A stretch of 64,000 bases of DNA from an uncultured Bacteroidota bacterium. Its GTDB lineage: Bacteria; Bacteroidota; Bacteroidia; Chitinophagales; Chitinophagaceae. The stretch is taken from NCBI GenBank assembly GCA_963771435.1, contig CAVYTF010000018.1:88217-152216 (forward strand), in the 5' to 3' direction. Both the position numbers and the translations under genes were made by a program. The notes beneath the pieces are model-generated. The model saw nothing but the letters and a program-made list of their open reading frames with translations. It did not search any database and was not told the origin of the DNA. Of the stretch, positions 58,678-64,000 are shown piece by piece (position 1 is the stretch's first letter; every line of letters begins with the position of its first letter).

Positions 58678-59631
58678 ATGTCATACCCAATAAAGTTCTA
58701 TTTAGGAGTAACTGACAATAAGTGGTACGATTTCTTAGCATTCAAAAATCGGGAAGATGTAAATTTTTGGCAGCCAGGTGGGAATACAATTTTTAAAGTA
58801 ATTCCATCTGGAGCACCTTTTCTTTTTAAGCTAAAAAGCCCTATTAATGCGATAGGTGGCATCGGTTTTTTTTCAAGTCACACATTTTTACCTATTTCTG
58901 TTGCTTGGGATGCTTTCGGAAATGGGAACGGTTGTTCATCGTTTAATGAACTCCAAAATATGATTTCCCAATATAAAAAGGATAAAACTAGTTTAAATCC
59001 AACAATAGGATGTATTGTTCTTACTAATCCTATCTTTTTTAAAAGAGAAGATTGGATATCTGTTCCTGAAGATTGGAAGAATAATACAGTTCAGGGCAAG
59101 TCTTATACAACAGATACTTTTATTGGTAATGAGCTTTGGATAAAAGTTAACCGTTTGCTTCAAAAATATTTATATCATGTGCAGGATGAAGCTAAAAATC
59201 AATTAATACTGGAAGATACAGAATCTCCTATGTATGGTAATTCAGTATTAACTAAAGTAAGATTGGGACAAGGGGCTTTCAGAATATTAGTAACCGACGC
59301 ATACAATCGAAAATGTGCTATTTCTGGTGAAAAAACGTTGCCAGTTTTAGAAGCTGCACATATTAAGCCTTATGCAGACTCTGGCCCCCATTTTATTTCA
59401 AATTCTTTATTGCTTCGATCAGACTTGCATAAACTATTTGATGCAGGTTATATAACAATAACACAAGATTTAAAAGTTGAAGTAAGTAAACGAATTAAAG
59501 AAGAATATCAAAATGGGAAAGAGTATTACAAATTTCATGGAAGCGAAATTTATAACTTACCAAACAGAATAAAAGATAATCCTGAAACCAGATTTGTTGC
59601 TTGGCATAATGAAATCATTTATAAAGGCTAA
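58678..59631 (+). CDS. HNH nuclease (HNH_2-type) with ~190-aa uncharacterised N-terminal domain
   Basis: The C-terminal part is GQGAFRILVTDAYNRKCAISGEKTLPVLEAAHIKPY...NSLLLRSDLHKLFDAGYITI, the HNH_2 motif pattern. The N-terminal part (NFWQPGG...PFLFKLKSPINAIGGIGFF) is unassigned. Confidence 0.7.
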   Translation: MSYPIKFYLGVTDNKWYDFLAFKNREDVNFWQPGGNTIFKVIPSGAPFLFKLKSPINAIGGIGFFSSHTFLPISVAWDAFGNGNGCSSFNELQNMISQYKKDKTSLNPTIGCIVLTNPIFFKREDWISVPEDWKNNTVQGKSYTTDTFIGNELWIKVNRLLQKYLYHVQDEAKNQLILEDTESPMYGNSVLTKVRLGQGAFRILVTDAYNRKCAISGEKTLPVLEAAHIKPYADSGPHFISNSLLLRSDLHKLFDAGYITITQDLKVEVSKRIKEEYQNGKEYYKFHGSEIYNLPNRIKDNPETRFVAWHNEIIYKG

Positions 59632-59836
59632 CGTAAATTTCTCTTATTACAAATCGTTCTTGCAATTTTCCAGTCGTTATGCAAGCCTTCTGGCAGTTAT
59701 CGTCCATAACAGTAATTTCGTCGCAAAATGTTTCAGCCTAAAAACACTATCTGGTTTCTCCTAACAGAATAAATAATAGAATAATGTGTGTTATATAAGT
59801 CTTTCTAAACATGCAATATTTAGCCCTCTTGGCTTT

Positions 59837-60205
59837 TTACTTATAAATAATTTTCAAAAACTCTTCTGGAGCATAAACAGGCAACGAAGCAATAGACTGT
59901 TTTTGTAGCTGCTTATCCTGTGTAATAAAGTAGTCAATTTTATGGTGCAGGGCTGTATAATATTGCAAAGTATGTTCTATATCCTTTATGGTAGAGTGCA
60001 GGGCATTTAATACTATTTCATGGTTTATATCAATAACAGAAACATCCGCCAGCAACGTCAAAAGCAATTCCTTAGCCTTTGCATTCCCGTAAGTCTTAGT
60101 TAACCAATAACCAACTATATGAACAATAGAAGGAGTAATAAACGCTTTGATCTTATCATTAACAGCCAATTCAATGATCTCTTTTGCTACATCATATTTC
60201 CCCAT
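59837..60205 (-). pseudogene. 5'-truncated duplicate of the PIN-domain toxin gene
   Basis: About 355 bp are near-identical by eye (roughly 95%) to 60321-60680. It lacks the N-terminal FIDAN catalytic Asp region and has EDALQYY changed to EHTLQYY. No antitoxin partner is present. Confidence 0.65.
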
Positions 60206-60320
60206 GCTTGGCGTAGTCTCCTTGACTACGTCACAATGTAGGCAAATCTCTGATTTGTCTACCCCTCAGGCGTAAACCTCCCCGATCTCGTGCAGGCCTC
60301 AATACTAACTCCCACCAGAC

Positions 60321-60740
60321 TTATAAACAACCTTTCAAAAACTCTTCTGGAGCATAAACAGGCAACGAAGCAATAGACTGTTTTTGTAACTGCTTGTCCT
60401 GTGTTATAAAATAGTCAACTTTATGGTGCAGGGCTGTATAATATTGCAAAGCATCTTCTGTATTCTTTATGGCAGAGTGCAGGGCATTTAATACTATTTC
60501 GTGGCTTATATCAATAACAGAAACATCTGCCAGCAACGTCAACAGCAATTCCTTAGCCTTTGCATTCCCGTAAGTCTTAGTTAACCAATAACCAACTATA
60601 TGAACAATAGAAGGAGTAATAAACGCTTTGATCTTATCATTAACAGCCAATTCAATGATCTCTTTTGCTACATCATATTTCTCTCGTTTAAGACTGAGGT
60701 CAAGCAGTATGTTGGCATCAATAAATACTTTAGAGGCCAT
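60321..60740 (-). CDS. PIN-domain toxin (VapC-like)
   Basis: 139 aa with conserved acidic residues in VFIDANILLD, TEDALQYY and ITQDK. It overlaps the upstream antitoxin ORF by 11 nt. Confidence 0.75.
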   Translation of the reverse strand: MASKVFIDANILLDLSLKREKYDVAKEIIELAVNDKIKAFITPSIVHIVGYWLTKTYGNAKAKELLLTLLADVSVIDISHEIVLNALHSAIKNTEDALQYYTALHHKVDYFITQDKQLQKQSIASLPVYAPEEFLKGCL

Positions 60741-60972
60741 ACTTCTTTGATTGTTCCTCGTAAAACAATTCTTTAAGGTCGGCCTTAGCGTCTATATTTG
60801 GTTTCTCCAGTTTTTCAACAAGGCTTATAATGTTTTTCCTCCTCGTCGGCTTTGCAATTGTTTTAAAATAATTTTCCACCAGTTCAGAAACGCTGGTTTT
60901 TTCACTGGAAGCGTAAGCTTTTATATTATCCAGCAAGTTACCATCAATTGTAAGGTTTAATCTGGTTTTCAT
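60730..60972 (-). CDS. Antitoxin partner of the PIN toxin (RHH/DUF6364-like)
   Basis: 80 aa from ATG 60970-60972. MKTRLNLTIDGNLLDNIKAYASSEKTSVSELVENYF is a ribbon-helix-helix-like N-terminus. Classic antitoxin-then-toxin overlap. Confidence 0.65.
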   Translation of the reverse strand: MKTRLNLTIDGNLLDNIKAYASSEKTSVSELVENYFKTIAKPTRRKNIISLVEKLEKPNIDAKADLKELFYEEQSKKYGL

Positions 60973-61308
60973 AAGCCAAATATACGCATATTTTAATATA
61001 ATGCGCATCAAATCCCACTACGTTTATTTAGGTTCTTATTATCAGTGTGTTATTTTTGCTTTCAAAAACATAGTATTCAGCTTTTCTTTCGCTGCATGGT
61101 CTCATCGCCAAGCCTTGTGTGTAGGATCAGGCGTTACATTGCCATTTATTATGCCCCTCGCACAATCCTTCCGGTAGTTTATGCCTACAGCAGAACAAAA
61201 TTTCCTTTTTCATATTTCACCTCATACTCCATTAAAAAGCTTTAACCCTCTTCCTTAATTCATCCCATCAAAACTATAGATAAATATTTATTTTTCTATT
61301 TTTACCAC

Positions 61309-61385
61309 TTCCCAACGTCCTACTAATTCCCACCAGGTTCCCACCTAATGTCCACTCAATGCCGACTCACTCCCACTTAACGCAA
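61309..61385. repeat. 11-bp-register degenerate array (7 units, CCCAC/CCAC-rich)
   Basis: The units are TTCCCAACGTC, CTACTAATTCC, CACCAGGTTCC, CACCTAATGTC, CACTCAATGCC, GACTCACTCCC, ACTTAACGCAA. The word content is related to the 37072-37115 array. Confidence 0.75.
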
Positions 61386-61462
61386 GGTCTCGTTCGCTAT
61401 GTTCTTTCTTTTAAAATAATAGAAACTTTGCTCATTATCTATTAAGTCCTTATCTTACCACC

Positions 61463-62740
61463 ATGATCGCACAAATCGCTTTTATTGCTCTTGCAGCCAT
61501 TGCCGTTATTTTATTCAGTAGAAAGGTAAAAGAGATTAGAAGAAATATTTTGCTTGGGCGCGATGAAGACTTTTCAGACAACAAACCCAAACGCTGGAAA
61601 AACCTGCTGCTGTTAGCTTTCGGGCAAAAGAAAATGTTCAGGAACCCGCTTGTGGCTTTGCTGCACTTCATGATCTATGCTGGGTTTATTATCATCAATC
61701 TGGAAGTGTTGGAAATATTCCTGGACGGTATATTCGGCACCCACCGCTTATTTTCTCAGCCGCTTGGCTTCCTTTATTCATGGCTGATAAATGGCTTTGA
61801 ATTTCTCGCAGTCCTTATACTGGCAGCCTGTATCATTTTCCTTGCAAGAAGAAACATACTAAAGCTTAAACGCTTTATCAGCAAAGACCTGGACGGCTGG
61901 CCAAGAAGCGACGCCAATTATATTCTTATTGCAGAAATTATTTTAATGACCCTGTTTTTAACCATGAATGCAACTGAATCTTCTCAACACTTTTTCTTTT
62001 CGTCAAGGCTGCATCCTATATTCAAGGGCTATAGCGCCGCCACTTTAGAAAACATTACACTCACCTGCTGGTGGCTTCACATCACAGGCATATTCATCTT
62101 TCTTAATTACCTGCCTTATTCAAAACATTTGCACATCATTCTTGCCTTTCCCAACGCTTATTACGCACGGCTTGAACCCGAAGGCAAAATGAAGAACATG
62201 CCGGAGATACAAAAGGAAGTATTATATGCCATGCAGCCCGAAACCGCACCCACTAACGGTCCTGAAGAAGAACATAAAAAGTTCGGAGCAAAAGATGTCT
62301 TTGATCTAAGCTGGAAAAACCTCATGGATGCTTATGCCTGCACAGAGTGTGGCAGATGCACTGCCGCCTGCCCTGCAAACATTACCGGCAAAGCTTTAAG
62401 CCCTCGTTTAATAATGATGAAAACACGCGACCGGTTAGAGGCAGTTGGTAAAAATATAGACGCAAACAAAACATTTCAGGATGATGGAAAAACCTTGCTG
62501 CACGATTATATCTTGCCTGAAGAACTGCGTGCCTGCACCACCTGCAATGCTTGCGTGGAAGAATGCCCCGTAAGCATTTCTCCGCTTGAAATTATTACCC
62601 AGCTTCGCCGCTATTTGGTCATGGAAGAAAGCAATGCCCCGCAGGAATGGAACGGCATGTTCAGCAACATAGAAAACAATTTTGCCCCCTGGAAGTTTTC
62701 ACCTGATGAAAGAGACAAATGGGCAAAGGAAATGGCTTAA
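61463..62740 (+). CDS. Membrane-bound (Fe-S)-binding oxidoreductase subunit (NarI/DsrM-like TM domain + 2x[4Fe-4S] ferredoxin motifs)
   Basis: 425 aa with about 5 TM helices, then CTECGRCTAACP and CTTCNACVEECP. Confidence 0.75.
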   Translation: MIAQIAFIALAAIAVILFSRKVKEIRRNILLGRDEDFSDNKPKRWKNLLLLAFGQKKMFRNPLVALLHFMIYAGFIIINLEVLEIFLDGIFGTHRLFSQPLGFLYSWLINGFEFLAVLILAACIIFLARRNILKLKRFISKDLDGWPRSDANYILIAEIILMTLFLTMNATESSQHFFFSSRLHPIFKGYSAATLENITLTCWWLHITGIFIFLNYLPYSKHLHIILAFPNAYYARLEPEGKMKNMPEIQKEVLYAMQPETAPTNGPEEEHKKFGAKDVFDLSWKNLMDAYACTECGRCTAACPANITGKALSPRLIMMKTRDRLEAVGKNIDANKTFQDDGKTLLHDYILPEELRACTTCNACVEECPVSISPLEIITQLRRYLVMEESNAPQEWNGMFSNIENNFAPWKFSPDERDKWAKEMA

Positions 62741-63840
62741 AAGCCTCCGGTTGTTTCGGGCGTATTTGATGATAGCACCAGCATATACTTCTTCTTCATT
62801 CTCAAAAACTTTACTTCATAAAACCTGTAAGAAATATCCGCAAGTAATATTGAAAGCGGTGGCGTAGCAATACAAATGATCCATATCAAATATTCTTTAG
62901 GCACCAGCACCTTTTCTTTAAACACCCGAAGAAACACCCACATCATAATTGGGTGCCAGACATATAGCCCGTATGATATCTTGCCTAAATAATTCAATAC
63001 TTTATTTTCAGTTTTAAGAAAATAGCTCTTGTTTTCAATGAGAGCAATGACAATTATTACAGCCAGGAAACCCATCAATGCATCATGAAAATAGAATACG
63101 TTTATTGTATCAGTAAAAAGCAGCAGTATCATAGACAAAGCAATTAGCTGGCAAGCTTTATTAAAGCAAAATGAAAAATATTTTTGTCTTTTAAAATAAA
63201 CAAGCGCTGCTAAACTGCCGATCATGATACCTTGAAATTCACCGGCGCACCAAAAAAATACATGCGCTGCCTTGTTCACAATATTGTTTCCCGTAAATAT
63301 TGGCATCGATAGAATTATAAGTAGCAAAATAGAAAGCCATAGAATTTTCTTCTTTAGATATTTAAATGCAAACGGCCAGAAAAGATAAAATTGTTCTTCA
63401 ACGCCCAGGCTCCAGTAATGCACAAAATAAAATGGCGCAGTAGTCAGTAGCCCGGGAATATTCCCTCCAAAAAAAATATAATAAAGAAAATAATGCTGTA
63501 TGAAATTGTCGTGCATTACTAAAGAAATAAAACCGGCAACGATAAGGTACAAAAAATAAACAGGCCATATACGAAGCATCCTTCTTTGATAAAACTTTTT
63601 TATAGAAATACTACCGTACGCTTCCTTTTCCTTCAGCAACAAATAAGTGATCAAAAAGCCGCTGATAACAAAGAAGATATTAACTGCATCAATTGCCTGG
63701 TGCCTGTCAAATAAAAGGTCCATCCAGCGCGGTATTACAATTTGAAACCTGTACAATCCCTTTGTCACATGGTTCAGCACCACAAGCATGGCGGCAATTC
63801 CTCTCAAACCATTTATTCCAGGCAGGTAAATCTTTTTCAT
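62737..63840 (-). CDS. Acyltransferase family 3 (membrane O-acyltransferase)
   Basis: 367 aa and multi-TM. The N-terminal LPGINGLRGIAAMLVVLNH is the family signature. Confidence 0.8.
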   Translation of the reverse strand: MKKIYLPGINGLRGIAAMLVVLNHVTKGLYRFQIVIPRWMDLLFDRHQAIDAVNIFFVISGFLITYLLLKEKEAYGSISIKKFYQRRMLRIWPVYFLYLIVAGFISLVMHDNFIQHYFLYYIFFGGNIPGLLTTAPFYFVHYWSLGVEEQFYLFWPFAFKYLKKKILWLSILLLIILSMPIFTGNNIVNKAAHVFFWCAGEFQGIMIGSLAALVYFKRQKYFSFCFNKACQLIALSMILLLFTDTINVFYFHDALMGFLAVIIVIALIENKSYFLKTENKVLNYLGKISYGLYVWHPIMMWVFLRVFKEKVLVPKEYLIWIICIATPPLSILLADISYRFYEVKFLRMKKKYMLVLSSNTPETTGGF

Positions 63841-63959
63841 TCCGCTTTAAAATAATAATTCAGACAAGAATAATGATTTTAATTCATTTCTCGTCATTGA
63901 AACAACTACAATCCATCACCTTGTCATTTTGCATTACTTTTGGAAAAAGGTTTAAAAAC

Positions 63960-64000
63960 ATGCAAATACCCACAATGGCTGAAATGACGATGAACAATGG
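63960..64000 (+). CDS. Partial 5' end, probably the CCG-domain (Fe-S)-binding partner subunit
   Basis: MQIPTMAEMTMNN... resembles the N-terminus I recall for the small partner of the 61463 gene family. Only 13 codons are visible. Confidence 0.35.
   Translation, partial: MQIPTMAEMTMNN

Overview
This looks like a chromosomal segment of a Bacteroidota bacterium, Chitinophagia/Sphingobacteriia-like. The evidence is T9SS C-terminal sorting domains, TAnnTTTG-type promoter motifs, a GldA-like ABC ATPase and a long-N-terminus AtpB. No species call is possible from the sequence alone.

Most of the window is housekeeping: quinone oxidoreductase, PLP decarboxylase, PfkB kinase, M13 peptidase, a sigma-54 two-component cluster, gcvH, an ECF sigma/anti-sigma pair, ppc, acs, nifU-like, pnuC, dnaN, recX, atpB-E-F-H-A, tRNA-Leu(GAG) and tRNA-Arg(CCT).

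Three accessory regions stand out:
1. 25.6-36.0 kb holds four tandem paralogous genes for T9SS-sorted fibre proteins. Each has a signal peptide, 17-aa NTANG/NTTG repeats, a phage tail-fibre S74 intramolecular-chaperone domain, a coiled coil and a T9SS CTD. Near-identical 5' and 3' modules bracket variable cores.
2. 3.8-8.0 kb is an AT-rich array of small orphan or immunity-like ORFs punctuated by seven copies of a ~51-bp element. No toxin or recombinase is visible.
3. 57.8-61.0 kb is a small defence islet: an Abi_2-like protein, an unknown-N-domain HNH nuclease, and a PIN/antitoxin pair plus a truncated PIN duplicate.

The most unusual signal is at the DNA level. Four sequence-unrelated tandem arrays keep an exact 21-bp or 42-bp register, and two further arrays keep an 11-bp register. 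Most lie about 80-300 bp upstream of gene starts.

Six genes are disrupted as given. Five carry frameshifts (SCO1, nadR-like, dnaN, patatin, atpA) and one carries an in-frame TAG. Because dnaN and atpA are affected, sequence error is at least as likely as real decay.
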